DNA of 64,000 nt from an uncultured candidate division Zixibacteria bacterium (GTDB lineage: Bacteria; Zixibacteria; MSB-5A5; RBG-16-43-9). The DNA lies in assembly GCA_963713865.1 (NCBI GenBank), contig OY970208.1, positions 2,336,001 to 2,400,000 on the forward strand. Reading direction: 5' to 3'. The translations under genes and the position numbers were made by a program. Below are positions 51,732 through 62,213 of this stretch, piece after piece. Under the pieces are notes generated by a model, which saw only the letters and a program-made list of their open reading frames with translations, was not told where the DNA came from and searched no databases. The stretch's first letter is position 1; the number at the start of each line of letters is the position of its first letter.

Positions 51732-52027
51732 ATCTTATTCAAAAAATGATGGAGTAATTTAACCTTAGCCTTAAAAAAACTCAAGGAATTTTTTGAATTT
51801 ATTTTTATGCATTGGTTTTTTATACGTAGTGCGGCCCAGCTTGTCCCGCCATCGGCGGGATCAGGGTCTCCTGAAAAATATAGAGTCGCATGTGATGCGT
51901 CTCTACAATCTGAAAAAAACGGGAAGGGACAAGCTCCTCCCTTACGAAAACCTCATTTTACATTTTCTATCTTCCTTTTTTCATTTTATTTTTATGGAGG
52001 GCTAAAAAATTTCTCCTTAAAAAAAGC

Positions 52028-52055
52028 TTGACATTTAGAAGAGGATAAATAAAAT
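52028..52055 (+). promoter_or_regulatory. Sigma-70-like promoter of the Rieske/cytochrome b genes
   Basis: TTGACA-16nt-TAAAAT. Confidence 0.55.
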
Positions 52056-52101
52056 ATCAACTGGTTACAATTCTGGATAAATCTACTTTGTTAAACTAAG
52101 C

Positions 52102-52671
52102 GTGCCCAAAAAAAGAGTAATTCAGATGAAAGAAGAACCCCATCTCCGGATGCCTGATAATACTGATAAAGTTGATACAACTCGGCGTAGGTTTTTAAAG
52201 GTAGCCATTGGAATCTTACCCCTTCTGAGTGGCTTTGTATTGGGAATTCCGTTCATCCGGGCTCTGGTAAGTTCAAGGGCTAAAACAGCAAAACAGAACT
52301 GGTCCAGAGTTTTAGAAGTCAACTCTTTACCTGACGGTAAACCGGTAAGATTAAACTTTTCTACACAGACCGAAGATGCCTACCTGTATCAAACCGCAGT
52401 GTCCTCCGTTTGGGTTATTAGAAATTTCCCCACAGAGGTAACTGTATATTCGCCAGTCTGTCCCCACCTCGGTTGTTATTATAATTGGAATCCTCAGAAC
52501 GAACACTTCGAATGTCCCTGCCACAACAGCGTGTTCTCGATTAGCGGAAAGGTCCTGGCTGGACCTTCACCCCGTCCGCTCGATACTTTGTCAAGCAGGA
52601 TAGAAAACGGGACCTTATTCGTCAAATGGGAACAGTTTAAAGCCGGTATCCCTGAAAAAGTCCCGGTCTAG
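52102..52671 (+). CDS. Rieske iron-sulfur subunit of a Rieske/cytochrome b complex
   Basis: Tat motif TRRRFLK, CPHLGC, CPCHNSVF, GPSPRPLD; true start may be 52126 or 52150. Confidence 0.92.
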   Translation: MPKKRVIQMKEEPHLRMPDNTDKVDTTRRRFLKVAIGILPLLSGFVLGIPFIRALVSSRAKTAKQNWSRVLEVNSLPDGKPVRLNFSTQTEDAYLYQTAVSSVWVIRNFPTEVTVYSPVCPHLGCYYNWNPQNEHFECPCHNSVFSISGKVLAGPSPRPLDTLSSRIENGTLFVKWEQFKAGIPEKVPV

Positions 52672-52679
52672 GAGGCTCA

Positions 52680-54620
52680 ATGTTTTCAAGTATCTGGAAT
52701 TGGTTGAATGAAAGATGGCCGTTCTCCTCTCTTTTTCATCTGGCAATAGACGAGGAGATCCCCGGTGGGAGTAGTTTCTCCTATACCATCGGCAGTGCCA
52801 TCCTGACGGTCTTCATATTACAGGCAGTAACAGGCATCATACAACTTTTCTACTACGTTCCTGCAGTTGATCACGCTTATGACAGCATCAGTTTCTTGAG
52901 GACAAAAGTGCCTTTTGGCTGGTTAATCAATGGATTGCATTACTGGGGTGCTAATGCTATGATTGTATTAGTAGCTCTTCATATATTGCGGGTTTTCATC
53001 TGGGGCGCATACAAAAATCCACGGGAATTGACCTGGCTCTTCGGCGTAGGGCTGTTACTCACCGCTATGGGTTTAAGTTTCACCGGTGGACCCCTGTCCT
53101 GGGACCAAAAGAGTTACTGGGAAGCAGAAGTAGGTACCAGTATTGCAGGAGCAGTGCCGGTAATTGGCGATCTGATCAAGCGGATATTGCGCGGGGGTGA
53201 TGGGCTGGGACAATTAACCCTATCTCGCTTTTTCATCGTCCATACCGCCATACTTCCAATTACGCTTTTGACATTGATTGGAGCACATCTTACTGCCCTC
53301 CGCCGTTTTGGGAGTGCTGGTCCCTGGGATAAAACCAGAAGAGAACTCAAAGGTCAATTCTGGCCAGATCAGGTATTCAAAGACGTGTTCATCGTAACGC
53401 TTATTATCCTTTTACTCATCACCTTAACTGTTTTTGCGCCAAAACCTTTTAACGGTCCGGCTGATCCTCTGGACTCCTCTTATATTCCAAAACCGGAATG
53501 GAATTTCCTGTTCCTTTATGAAACACTTAAGTTCTTTCCGGGAAAGCTTGAACCTATCGGCTCAGTTGGCATACCTTTTTTACTGGTTTTGCTGATGGTA
53601 GTCCTCCCCTTTCTTGACCGAAAGCCTGAACGAAATCCTGTCAAGCGTCCTGTAGTAATGATTTCTGCCTTTACCTTGGGGATGATTTTAATCCTGCTTA
53701 CCCTTGCGGGATTGTATAGTAAAGCAGTTGGCGCCGAGACACCAGCTTCCTCATCCACTCCAGCCTCAAAGAGTTCCGCTCTGCAGAATAGCTCTGAAGG
53801 TGCTGGACTGTTCCAATCACTGGGCTGTACTTCCTGCCATCGTGTCAACAATAACGGTGGGACAGTTGGTCCAGACTTGTCTTTTGAAGGGCAGCAGGGT
53901 CGTACCCGTGATTGGCTTATCACCCAGATTAAAAATCCCAGGGCAAATTTTCCAAATACGATAATGCCTTCCTATACCTCGCTTTCTGACCAGCAGATGA
54001 ATGAGCTGGTTGATTACCTTTTGAGCCTGGTTACTACTAAAGGGACAAAATCCAAAATTCAACCTGACGACACCAGCAGTAGAAAACCGACACCATCTGC
54101 CAGCTTATCTAAAACAGTCTCCCCTATAGATTCCTCTTCAGCAGGTTCTACTACTGAGAAAGAAACTGGCCCAGCCGCAAAAATTATCGGTAGTGTTGAC
54201 CGCGGAGCCGAGCTATTTAAAAAAGTGTGTTCCCCCTGTCACGGATCCGAAGACACGGACAAAGTCCCTAATCCCGGGTCAGACGATGGAACAGTGCCAC
54301 CTCTTAATCCAGTTGATAAAGAGTTGTCCAGCCGGGATCCTCAACTGTTTGCTGAAAACGTTGACCGGTTTATCCAGCACGGTTCAATCCCTTCCGGACC
54401 TAACCCGCAGCTCAGGATGCCGGGCTTTGGGGATAATAACGTTTTGACCCAACCCCAGATTGCCAACCTCGAAGCTTATTTATTAAGATTAAACGGGATC
54501 AACCGCACTCAACTGCTCAATCCGGGAATACAGCCACGTCGATTTTTTGCAATAGTTGCCCCATTATATATCCTGTTCTTACTGTTAATAGCTGGCATCT
54601 ACCTGCGCTTATCAAAGTAG
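52680..54620 (+). CDS. Cytochrome b (b6 + subunit IV fused) with two c-type haem domains
   Basis: Four His ligands (LHYWGAN..LHILR; VHTAILP..AHL), FWPD, PKPEWNFLF, CTSCH, CSPCH, C-terminal TM. Confidence 0.9.
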   Translation: MFSSIWNWLNERWPFSSLFHLAIDEEIPGGSSFSYTIGSAILTVFILQAVTGIIQLFYYVPAVDHAYDSISFLRTKVPFGWLINGLHYWGANAMIVLVALHILRVFIWGAYKNPRELTWLFGVGLLLTAMGLSFTGGPLSWDQKSYWEAEVGTSIAGAVPVIGDLIKRILRGGDGLGQLTLSRFFIVHTAILPITLLTLIGAHLTALRRFGSAGPWDKTRRELKGQFWPDQVFKDVFIVTLIILLLITLTVFAPKPFNGPADPLDSSYIPKPEWNFLFLYETLKFFPGKLEPIGSVGIPFLLVLLMVVLPFLDRKPERNPVKRPVVMISAFTLGMILILLTLAGLYSKAVGAETPASSSTPASKSSALQNSSEGAGLFQSLGCTSCHRVNNNGGTVGPDLSFEGQQGRTRDWLITQIKNPRANFPNTIMPSYTSLSDQQMNELVDYLLSLVTTKGTKSKIQPDDTSSRKPTPSASLSKTVSPIDSSSAGSTTEKETGPAAKIIGSVDRGAELFKKVCSPCHGSEDTDKVPNPGSDDGTVPPLNPVDKELSSRDPQLFAENVDRFIQHGSIPSGPNPQLRMPGFGDNNVLTQPQIANLEAYLLRLNGINRTQLLNPGIQPRRFFAIVAPLYILFLLLIAGIYLRLSK

Positions 54621-54881
54621 CCTTACAAAATGTAGCGTCCAGGTTTATCCCGGACGAATTTTGTTATTCAGTTAGAAGCAGTTTTAATTTTCCTTTTTCC
54701 TTTTTCCATCTTCCTTTTCTTATAATGGAGAGTGATAAGGAGAGGTTTCTTTGGTAAGTCAAACATTCCTGTGGCTACGAGCCTGCCCGCCCTTTGGGCG
54801 CCAAGCTTTGCTCTCTGACCCTATAGAACAGACAAGTCCGAGAAGCGGATCCGTAGGAAATGTCTGTTTTACCACAAAAAT

Positions 54882-54905
54882 AAAAAGCCCCCATACGGGG
54901 GCTTT
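54882..54905 (-). terminator. Intrinsic terminator
   Basis: AAAGCCCCC-loop-GGGGGCTTT with a T-run on the minus strand after the beta-barrel gene. Confidence 0.75.
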
Positions 54906-54928
54906 CATCCTTCTCTCACTGACTTATT

Positions 54929-55531
54929 TTAAAATCCGAAAGTTATCCCACCTAATAGAGTAGTATAATGAGAACCCTTGGTTCCGAATTCCTCCTGTTC
55001 AGTCATAATATGAGTATATCTATATTCCGCAAAAATCTCAAAAGGGACTGCCGGGAATTTCAGGGAAACCCCTCCTACTCCATGATAACCCAGTCTATTC
55101 TCATCCACCGGTAAAACGAACGTCGGACCTTCATCTATGGAAGAAGAATAGGTAAGCCAGTGCCAGCCCAGACCAGCCCCGATATAAGGCTTTATCACCG
55201 GCATAAGGTCGATTTTATACTTGGCAGTAACGTTCAGGGATAAATCCCTCACCGTAAAATCAGCTTTCGTGTCCCCGAGCAAAAACTCTTTTTTCTTCCA
55301 GGCCATCTCCGCCGAACCCTCTAAATCGATTATCGGAATAAAACCGAATACCACTTGCGCACCTAACATCGGCATCTCTTTTAAATCCACGGGAAGCGAA
55401 GATTCATCCAGCCCGGGATTGTCATAGTTCTGAACGAACCCTCCTCTGATCCCAAACCCGACTCCAGAGATAGCATAGACTGGCGATGCACAAAGTATCA
55501 GGACTCCGAGCAAAATTACTATTTTTTTCAT
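54929..55531 (-). CDS. Outer-membrane beta-barrel protein (8-stranded OmpA/OmpW-like)
   Basis: Signal peptide, KPYIGAGLG, FAEYRY, C-terminal GITFGF. Confidence 0.85.
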   Translation of the reverse strand: MKKIVILLGVLILCASPVYAISGVGFGIRGGFVQNYDNPGLDESSLPVDLKEMPMLGAQVVFGFIPIIDLEGSAEMAWKKKEFLLGDTKADFTVRDLSLNVTAKYKIDLMPVIKPYIGAGLGWHWLTYSSSIDEGPTFVLPVDENRLGYHGVGGVSLKFPAVPFEIFAEYRYTHIMTEQEEFGTKGSHYTTLLGGITFGF

Positions 55532-55571
55532 CCCTCCTCCTTTCTTTGGTTTAGATCCTCTTATTTTTAAA

Positions 55572-55599
55572 TTATCGGAAATTAAAAAGCCAAACCTTA
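55572..55599 (-). promoter_or_regulatory. Sigma-28-like promoter
   Basis: TAAG-GTTTGGCTTTTTAATT-TCCGATAA (16-nt spacer), 40 nt before the ATG. Confidence 0.5.
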
Positions 55600-55634
55600 A
55601 TCATTTCAGAGAATAAAAACTGGATTATACAGAT

Positions 55635-55716
55635 TGTCATTCTGACCCCCTACGGGGGGAAGAATCTATTTTCTTTTTTTAAATTAGATGCTTCGTCCTG
55701 CGGACTCAGCATGACA
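55635..55716. repeat. REP/MITE-like element TGTCATTCTGA..GAAGAATCT..CTCAGCATGACA
   Basis: Same family as 60961-61037 and the partial copy at 6053-6101. Confidence 0.75.
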
Positions 55717-55849
55717 CTCTAATGTTTAGGCAGGGGTTGTACCCCTGCTCTTTTTCCGGACAGGGTATTTACCCTGTCCGAGCAGAAGGTTTCCGTCAGG
55801 TCAGGGAACCTGACGACCACATGAGCCCCTCCCCTACCATAACTTAAAA

Positions 55850-56611
55850 TCATTTTACCTTCCCCATAAAAGCCACCATCCTGCCAGCTTTTTCTTTATC
55901 CCTTCTGTAAGACTGATAAATCTTGCCTCCACAGAAGGTACAATATTTTGACAATAAGATACTCTCTTCTTTAACTCCTGATTTCAGAAATCTATCTTTA
56001 ACCCATCCCTTCAAATCCAGATATTTTTCTTTCCCCTTTTTCTCAATATATTTATCATCAACCAGAACTGCAAGATTATCAGAGATTTTATAACAGCATT
56101 TCCCGATTGAAGGACCGAAAACTAAATTTATCTCCTCAGGTTTTGAATTAAAAATGTGAAAAGCCTCATTTATAAATTTTTCCGCTATACCCAAAAGAGC
56201 ACCTCTCCATCCGATATGCGCTAATCCTACCAAACCTTTTTCCTGATCAGTTAAAAATACAGATAGACAATCTGCCACCTGAACTACCAAAAAGAGATTT
56301 TCTTGGTCGGTTAGAAGCGCATCCCCTTCCAATCTTACGACTCTCTCTTTCGCTTTCTCCTTGAATATTTTTACCTGAGTCTGATGAACCTGCCTGGGTA
56401 TTACAACTTTAAAATTTTCTTCTGAAATATCCGAAACCATAGAAATCAATCCTGGAATATCTGAAGGATCAAGCTTTGTTCCGTCTTTATGACCTAAGAT
56501 AAGCCCAGCTTTGAGAGATCCAGATTTTTCTAAATGTGCGAATTTCAGATAATTTATCCCCTCATTTTCCTCTATCTCTATTTTCTCACTTACTGCTGAT
56601 CTGCTCTTCAT
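55850..56611 (-). CDS. pgeF: PgeF/YfiH laccase-domain protein
   Basis: RQVH, GDALLT, VADC, HIGWRG, GPSIGKCCY, CT..SYRR..GRM. Confidence 0.9.
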   Translation of the reverse strand: MKSRSAVSEKIEIEENEGINYLKFAHLEKSGSLKAGLILGHKDGTKLDPSDIPGLISMVSDISEENFKVVIPRQVHQTQVKIFKEKAKERVVRLEGDALLTDQENLFLVVQVADCLSVFLTDQEKGLVGLAHIGWRGALLGIAEKFINEAFHIFNSKPEEINLVFGPSIGKCCYKISDNLAVLVDDKYIEKKGKEKYLDLKGWVKDRFLKSGVKEESILLSKYCTFCGGKIYQSYRRDKEKAGRMVAFMGKVK

Positions 56612-58761
56612 CCTTTTTGTCCTTCTTCTAATTCAATCCCCTTGGCTCTTTCGACTTCGATTACCCCTTTGACCCGTCTTACTCTTTTGATCGTCCGGTT
56701 TAAATGTCTCAAATTTTTGACTTCTATGATAAAACTTCCCACCGTAGCTGCCTGTCCTGGTTTTATCTCCGCACCGCGCACGTTGGTGTCTGCATCTGCA
56801 ATAACCTCGGTTATGTCCCTTAACATGTTTTTTCTATCCTCAACTAATATTTCTAACCTCACCATAAAAGATTGATTTTTATCCACATCCCATTCCACCT
56901 CCACCTTTCTGTCGCTGTCTACCATCATCTGTAGGGCATTAAGACAATCTGCTCGATGAACTGAAACTCCTCTACCTCTGGTAATAAAACCAACGATCCT
57001 CTCACCCGGAATGGGCTGACAGCATTGAGCAAATCTGAACATTAGACTCCCCAAACCCTGAATCCTTATACCGCTCCTTCCTCTGGCTTTCTCCACGAAC
57101 TTCTGGATAATACCTTCCTTCGCTTTTGAAGGAGGCTCCTCCGGTAATATTTCAGATAATACATGTCTTATAGAAAGACTCCCTTTACCCAGGGCGGAGA
57201 GAAGTTCCTCCGATGAGGATAAATTAAACCTCATGGCTAAATCCGTAAGCTCGTGTTCCCCCATCATTTTTTGATGATGTCTCCTGAATTCCTTTTCCAG
57301 AAGCTCTTTCCCTAAATTCAAGCTCTCTTCATACTCCTTCTGCTTGAGATAGTGTCTGATCTTGCTTCGTGCTTTAGTGGTTTTGACAATCTTTAACCAG
57401 TCTGAAGTAGGCATTTGATGAGTAGTGGTGATTACTTCTACTCTGTCACCGCTGGAAAGAATGGTATTCAAAGGCACCATTTTGTCATTAACCTTTGCAC
57501 CGGTGCAGTGATTGCCCACATCAGAGTGAACCGCATAAGCAAAATCAAGCGGAGTGGACCCTTTGGGTAACTGCTTCAGCTCACCTTTTGGAGTGAAAAC
57601 GAAAACATCATCCTGGAACAGGTCGATCTTTAAATATTCCAGGAATTCTGAAGGGGTAGAAAGCTCCCTCTGCCACTCTAAAACCTCTCTTAGCCAGATC
57701 ATCTGTTTGTCCGTTTCATCCAACTCTTTTTTCCCTTCTTTGTAGAGCCAGTGAGCAGCAATACCATACTCTGCAGTGCGGTGCATTTGATGAGTCCTTA
57801 TCTGGATCTCTACCATCCTTCCCCGAGGACCAATCACCGTAGTGTGCAGGGATTGATACATATTCCTCTTGGGTGTGGCGATATAGTCCCTGAACCTCTC
57901 TGCCACCGGTGTCCATAAATTATGAATTATCCCTAAAGCTTGATAGCATTCTCCTACTGTATCAACCATGGTCCGGATAGCAAAAAGGTCGTAGATCTCC
58001 TCAAGTGGTTTATTCCGGTCTTTTAATTTATGAGAGATACTGTATAAATGTTTTGCCCTGCCAGTAATTTCAGATTTTATTCCGGATTTCTCCAGCTCAT
58101 CTATCAGGGGTTTTGTCACCTCCTGGACATATTCATCTCGTTCTTCTTTTTTCTCGTTAATAGCATTCAGAAGATCTTTATATGCTTCCGGCTCTAAAAA
58201 CTTAAAAGAAAGGTCCTCTAATTCAGTTTTAACCATTGCCATCCCGAAACGATGAGCTAAAGGGGCATAGACTTCTTTGGTTTCCTGCGCAATCCTCAGC
58301 TGTTTTTCCCTGGGCAAAGCATCCAGGGTACGCATATTGTGTAATCTGTCAGCCAGTTTAATGATTATCACCCGGATATCCTTAGCCATAGATAAAAGCA
58401 TCTTGCGGTAATATTCCGCTTGTTCCTCTTCTGCACTTTCAAATTTAATCTCTCCTATCTTGGTGACTCCGTCCATTAACATGGCAATCTCATCCCCAAA
58501 CTCTTTTTCAATCTCTTCAAGCTTAATGTCGGTTTCTTCGATAACATCATGGATCATCCCCGCAGCAATCGTATCTGTATCTAAATGCTGTTCAGCTAAG
58601 ATAAAGGCGACTTCCAGGCAATGCTGGATATAAGGATCACCTGATTCACGGAACTGCCCCTGATGAGCTTTATTGGAGAACTCGTAAGCTTTCCGTAAAA
58701 GAGGAATATCCACGTTGGCGTTAAACGATTCGATCTTTATCACAAATTCAGCTAAGTTCAT
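56608..58761 (-). CDS. relA: Bifunctional (p)ppGpp synthetase/hydrolase (Rel)
   Basis: HDVIEE hydrolase, KLADRLHNMRTL, YQSLHT, EIQIRT, TGS, CCQP, ACT. Confidence 0.95.
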   Translation of the reverse strand: MNLAEFVIKIESFNANVDIPLLRKAYEFSNKAHQGQFRESGDPYIQHCLEVAFILAEQHLDTDTIAAGMIHDVIEETDIKLEEIEKEFGDEIAMLMDGVTKIGEIKFESAEEEQAEYYRKMLLSMAKDIRVIIIKLADRLHNMRTLDALPREKQLRIAQETKEVYAPLAHRFGMAMVKTELEDLSFKFLEPEAYKDLLNAINEKKEERDEYVQEVTKPLIDELEKSGIKSEITGRAKHLYSISHKLKDRNKPLEEIYDLFAIRTMVDTVGECYQALGIIHNLWTPVAERFRDYIATPKRNMYQSLHTTVIGPRGRMVEIQIRTHQMHRTAEYGIAAHWLYKEGKKELDETDKQMIWLREVLEWQRELSTPSEFLEYLKIDLFQDDVFVFTPKGELKQLPKGSTPLDFAYAVHSDVGNHCTGAKVNDKMVPLNTILSSGDRVEVITTTHQMPTSDWLKIVKTTKARSKIRHYLKQKEYEESLNLGKELLEKEFRRHHQKMMGEHELTDLAMRFNLSSSEELLSALGKGSLSIRHVLSEILPEEPPSKAKEGIIQKFVEKARGRSGIRIQGLGSLMFRFAQCCQPIPGERIVGFITRGRGVSVHRADCLNALQMMVDSDRKVEVEWDVDKNQSFMVRLEILVEDRKNMLRDITEVIADADTNVRGAEIKPGQAATVGSFIIEVKNLRHLNRTIKRVRRVKGVIEVERAKGIELEEGQKG

Positions 58762-58817
58762 TTTTTCCCTTGTCTTTACATATATTTAGACGATTTTTCT
58801 TCTACAAGAAGACAATT

Positions 58818-59783
58818 TTATATTTTAAAAAACAAGCCATACTTTTCTATATCCCGACCTGGACAGCCTAAAAGGTGCCACAGCAAAAGATGAGAATAGC
58901 TAACAAGTTTTTCTTTATATCTTTTTTTTAACCCTAAAGTAACTATTAAAGCTACTAGATTTAATCCCGTGTTAATCATAGTCTTAACAAAACGGAAAAT
59001 CCTCAGGATAATATAGCTGATCAGACTATAATTTTTTTTGAAAAATCTATAATAACTGCGATAATATTCTATCCTCCCCTTGGATTTAAGATCAAGCAAA
59101 CTCTGTCCCTGTTTGTGATAAACCTTCAATTGAGGCAGATGATAGACCTTCCAGCCCATCTTTTTCATCTGAAAACACCAGTCTGTTTCCTCCAGGAATA
59201 GAAAATAATCCGGGTCTAATTCACCTGCTTCTTTAATCGCTTCTGGGCGAACAATCATACAGGCACCGATAACCGAGTCAACCTCAATCGGAGATATATA
59301 TTCCTGATATTTGCTCGGATATTTTCCAGGGAAAAGGAATCTTAGAAGAGATTTGTTGAAAAGCTCCTGGGTCAAACTGGGGAAATTATCAATGGAGTTC
59401 TGTTTGGTCCCATCTGGATTTAATAGCTGAACTCCTGCCAATCCCGCATCTTTATTCTGATCCATAAAATCAACCAGCCCTTTCAATACCCCGGGCAATA
59501 CTTTTACATCCGGGTTAAGCAGAAGGAAGTATCTACCCGTCGCCAGTGCCAGTCCTTGATTTACTCCCCGTGCAAATCCTATATTCTCAGAATTAACCAA
59601 CAGCTTAACCTGGGGGAAATCTTTTTTAATCATCCCCACACTTTGATCCCTTGAATTATTATCGACCACTAAAAATTCAAGCTTGAGGTTTCCTCTGTCT
59701 TCCTCTACTGAGTTAAGACATTCTTTCAAAAGAGAAGTAGTATTGAAATTAACTATAATCACCGAAAGATCTATGGAATTCAT
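58818..59783 (-). CDS. GT2-family glycosyltransferase
   Basis: SVIIVNFN, VVDNNS, NIGFARGVN, LLNPD, EETDWC. Confidence 0.9.
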   Translation of the reverse strand: MNSIDLSVIIVNFNTTSLLKECLNSVEEDRGNLKLEFLVVDNNSRDQSVGMIKKDFPQVKLLVNSENIGFARGVNQGLALATGRYFLLLNPDVKVLPGVLKGLVDFMDQNKDAGLAGVQLLNPDGTKQNSIDNFPSLTQELFNKSLLRFLFPGKYPSKYQEYISPIEVDSVIGACMIVRPEAIKEAGELDPDYFLFLEETDWCFQMKKMGWKVYHLPQLKVYHKQGQSLLDLKSKGRIEYYRSYYRFFKKNYSLISYIILRIFRFVKTMINTGLNLVALIVTLGLKKRYKEKLVSYSHLLLWHLLGCPGRDIEKYGLFFKI

Positions 59784-59803
59784 TTTCTTTATACACCTTT
59801 TTT

Positions 59804-60145
59804 CGTCTTAGGTCTTACATCTCACTTCTTACCTTTTCTTTTTTCACCTTGAACTCTTGAACTTTTGAACCCTTGAACCATCTTTTTTATTTTCCTATTT
59901 GCTACCTGCTCCAGGCTACCTGCTTACTTTCGTCTCCCATTTTACTTCTTACGTCTTACATCTCACCTTTTTCTTTATTTATTTCTTTTGTTTTCCTTTT
60001 TCAACCTTCCCTTTGTCATTTCTCTACTACAGCATCCACCTTTAAAGCAAAGCGGGATTACCATTGTTATTCGATATTCGTTTTTGCTACCAGCTACCTG
60101 CTTACCTTCGTTTCCCGTCTTACCTCTTACGTCTCACGTCTTACT
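59804..60145. repeat. Patchwork of degenerate 7-8-nt tandem repeats
   Basis: TCTTAGG TCTTACA TCTCACT TCTTACC; (C/T)TTGAAC(T/C) x4; GCTACCT-type x3-4; TCTTACC TCTTACG TCTCACG TCTTACT. Confidence 0.75.
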
Positions 60146-60885
60146 TTATTTTTCATCTCCCAGTATTTAGCATATTTAATAAAGATATAAAAAGAGTGAA
60201 TAACGCTCAAAATCAATCCCGGAATTCCATCCCTGAAACCCTGTTTTAGAATATAAATTTTAAAAAACCCGAAGATGGGAGAAAATACTAACTTTAATAA
60301 CCCCCCGGACTTCCCTTTTTCCCTCATATCTAAAGCAGAAAGAGTCGTATAGCTATCTAATTTTTTTAAGTTATGACTCAGGTTTTCAAAAGGGTAATGT
60401 TCGATCTTCCCTTGCAATCTACCGGTTTTTCCTTTTAGGCTTACACCTTCATGTACCCTTTTTTCTTCTAAAATTGCTTTTTCTTTTCTGAAAAGTCTTA
60501 AAACCCAATCTGAATCCCAGGCATGTTCTATCCATCTGCCTAAAAATTTGGAGCGTCTCCTTATCCAGTATCCATCGATTTCAGGAAAAATATCTATCTT
60601 CCTTCTAATCTCCTGAGCTAATTCCGGTGTAACCACTTCATCTGCATCAATATTTAAAACCCATTCAAAAGAAGCCAGATTGCAAGCATACTCTTTCTGC
60701 CGGGCAAACCCCAGCCATTTCTGAATAAAAATCATCTCAGTGTACTCTCTGGCAATGGATACGGTTTTGTCTTTGCTTTCTGAATCGACCACCACGATCT
60801 CATCTGCAAATTTAAGGCTTTCCAGACATCGTTGGATATTTTTCTCTTCATTATAGGTGATAACTACTGCAGAGATTTTGGCCAT
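60127..60885 (-). CDS. GT2-family glycosyltransferase (WaaE/KdtX-like)
   Basis: ISAVVITYNEE, VVDSES, LNIDADE, RVHE, GFRDG. Confidence 0.9.
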   Translation of the reverse strand: MAKISAVVITYNEEKNIQRCLESLKFADEIVVVDSESKDKTVSIAREYTEMIFIQKWLGFARQKEYACNLASFEWVLNIDADEVVTPELAQEIRRKIDIFPEIDGYWIRRRSKFLGRWIEHAWDSDWVLRLFRKEKAILEEKRVHEGVSLKGKTGRLQGKIEHYPFENLSHNLKKLDSYTTLSALDMREKGKSGGLLKLVFSPIFGFFKIYILKQGFRDGIPGLILSVIHSFYIFIKYAKYWEMKNKVRRET

Positions 60886-60960
60886 AATTATAAAATCCTT
60901 TTAAAAATATTTAGTAGCGCGACCCTTTCAGAGAGTGTTGAAAAACTGGAATTATTAGAG

Positions 60961-61037
60961 TGTCATTCTGAGCGAAGCGAAGAATCTTGATATGAATCAG
61001 CGAGATTCTTCGGTCGCTACACTCCCTCAGAATGACA
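60961..61037. repeat. REP/MITE-like element
   Basis: TGTCATTCTGAG-CGAAGAATCT..AGATTCTTCG..CTCAGAATGACA nested inverted repeats. Confidence 0.8.
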
Positions 61038-61079
61038 TGTTGGGGTATTTCAACACTCCCTTTCAAAATTGTCTCAGCC

Positions 61080-62213
61080 TTATGAGTACTCAAAAATACT
61101 CCGATAAAACTCCTCAGTTATACGAGCAAAATTATTTAAAGAGAATTCATTCTCTGTTAAAACCCTTCCCGCTTTACCATAACTTTCTCTTTTCGTCTTA
61201 TCTTTGAGTAACTCCAGAATCGCATCAGTCATATTCCTGATGTTTTTTGGTTTAACAATCAATCCATTTATACCGTCCTTTACGACTTCAGGTATCCCAT
61301 TGATATCAGTCCCGACCACTGGTTTACCCAAAGCCATATATTCTAAAGCCACACGGCACACAGTCTCCGAGCCTGCTGAGGCTACCACTGCAATATCCAT
61401 AAGTGAGATTATCTTCCTTGAATCTTCAGTCCTTCCAATAAAGATAAATTTGTCTGAAACTCCCATTTCCCGAACCAGTTTTTTCAAACGATATGCTTTA
61501 ACTTGGGCATCCTCTCCGGCAATTAAGAATTTGACCGATTGAAAACTCTTCAAAACTTCTACGGCTGCTTGAATGAAATATCTATGACCTTTTACCGGCG
61601 AAAGCCTTCCCAAAATCCCGACAACCAGTTCATCCTTTGAGATGCCTAAGGTCTTTATTAGCTCTGAATCTTTCTCTACGGGGGAAAAATAATCCGGATC
61701 AATTCCCAGGGGAATATTTATTAATCTATTCTCGTCCAGACTAAAATTTTCCGAATAACTTCTATATAATATTTCTGCAGTCGTAATAACCCCATCCGTC
61801 CATCTTTCATTCAGCCATCGATTAAAAATATTATTTTTAGGCATCCTTTGATCCCCTCGAGTGCGGATCAGAATATATTTTTTTTTGAACAACTTTTTGA
61901 GCAAGCCAGCATATAGATGCCCTTCTCCTTGATGAGCGTTGACCAGATTTATATTTCTTTTTTCAATCAGGTCATTTAGCCTTTTCAGATTATAAATAAA
62001 CCTGCCCGGATTCTGATAGGACAGATAAAGGTCCGGGAAAATCTCCAATCCCATCTTCTCTGCAACTTGCAGTGTTGGAGAATTATTATCTCCGGCTAAG
62101 ATCACCTTATGACCTCTTTTTTGCAAACCCGAAGAAAGAGCCACCGCATAATGTGCACAGGCATTATACCATCTGACATTAACCAGTTGCAAAATGTTCA
62201 GAGTTTTTTTCAT
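61080..62213 (-). CDS. GT4-family glycosyltransferase
   Basis: GRLSPVKGH, ETVCRVALEYMALGKPVV, GIPEVVKDGINGL. Confidence 0.9.
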   Translation of the reverse strand: MKKTLNILQLVNVRWYNACAHYAVALSSGLQKRGHKVILAGDNNSPTLQVAEKMGLEIFPDLYLSYQNPGRFIYNLKRLNDLIEKRNINLVNAHQGEGHLYAGLLKKLFKKKYILIRTRGDQRMPKNNIFNRWLNERWTDGVITTAEILYRSYSENFSLDENRLINIPLGIDPDYFSPVEKDSELIKTLGISKDELVVGILGRLSPVKGHRYFIQAAVEVLKSFQSVKFLIAGEDAQVKAYRLKKLVREMGVSDKFIFIGRTEDSRKIISLMDIAVVASAGSETVCRVALEYMALGKPVVGTDINGIPEVVKDGINGLIVKPKNIRNMTDAILELLKDKTKRESYGKAGRVLTENEFSLNNFARITEEFYRSIFEYS

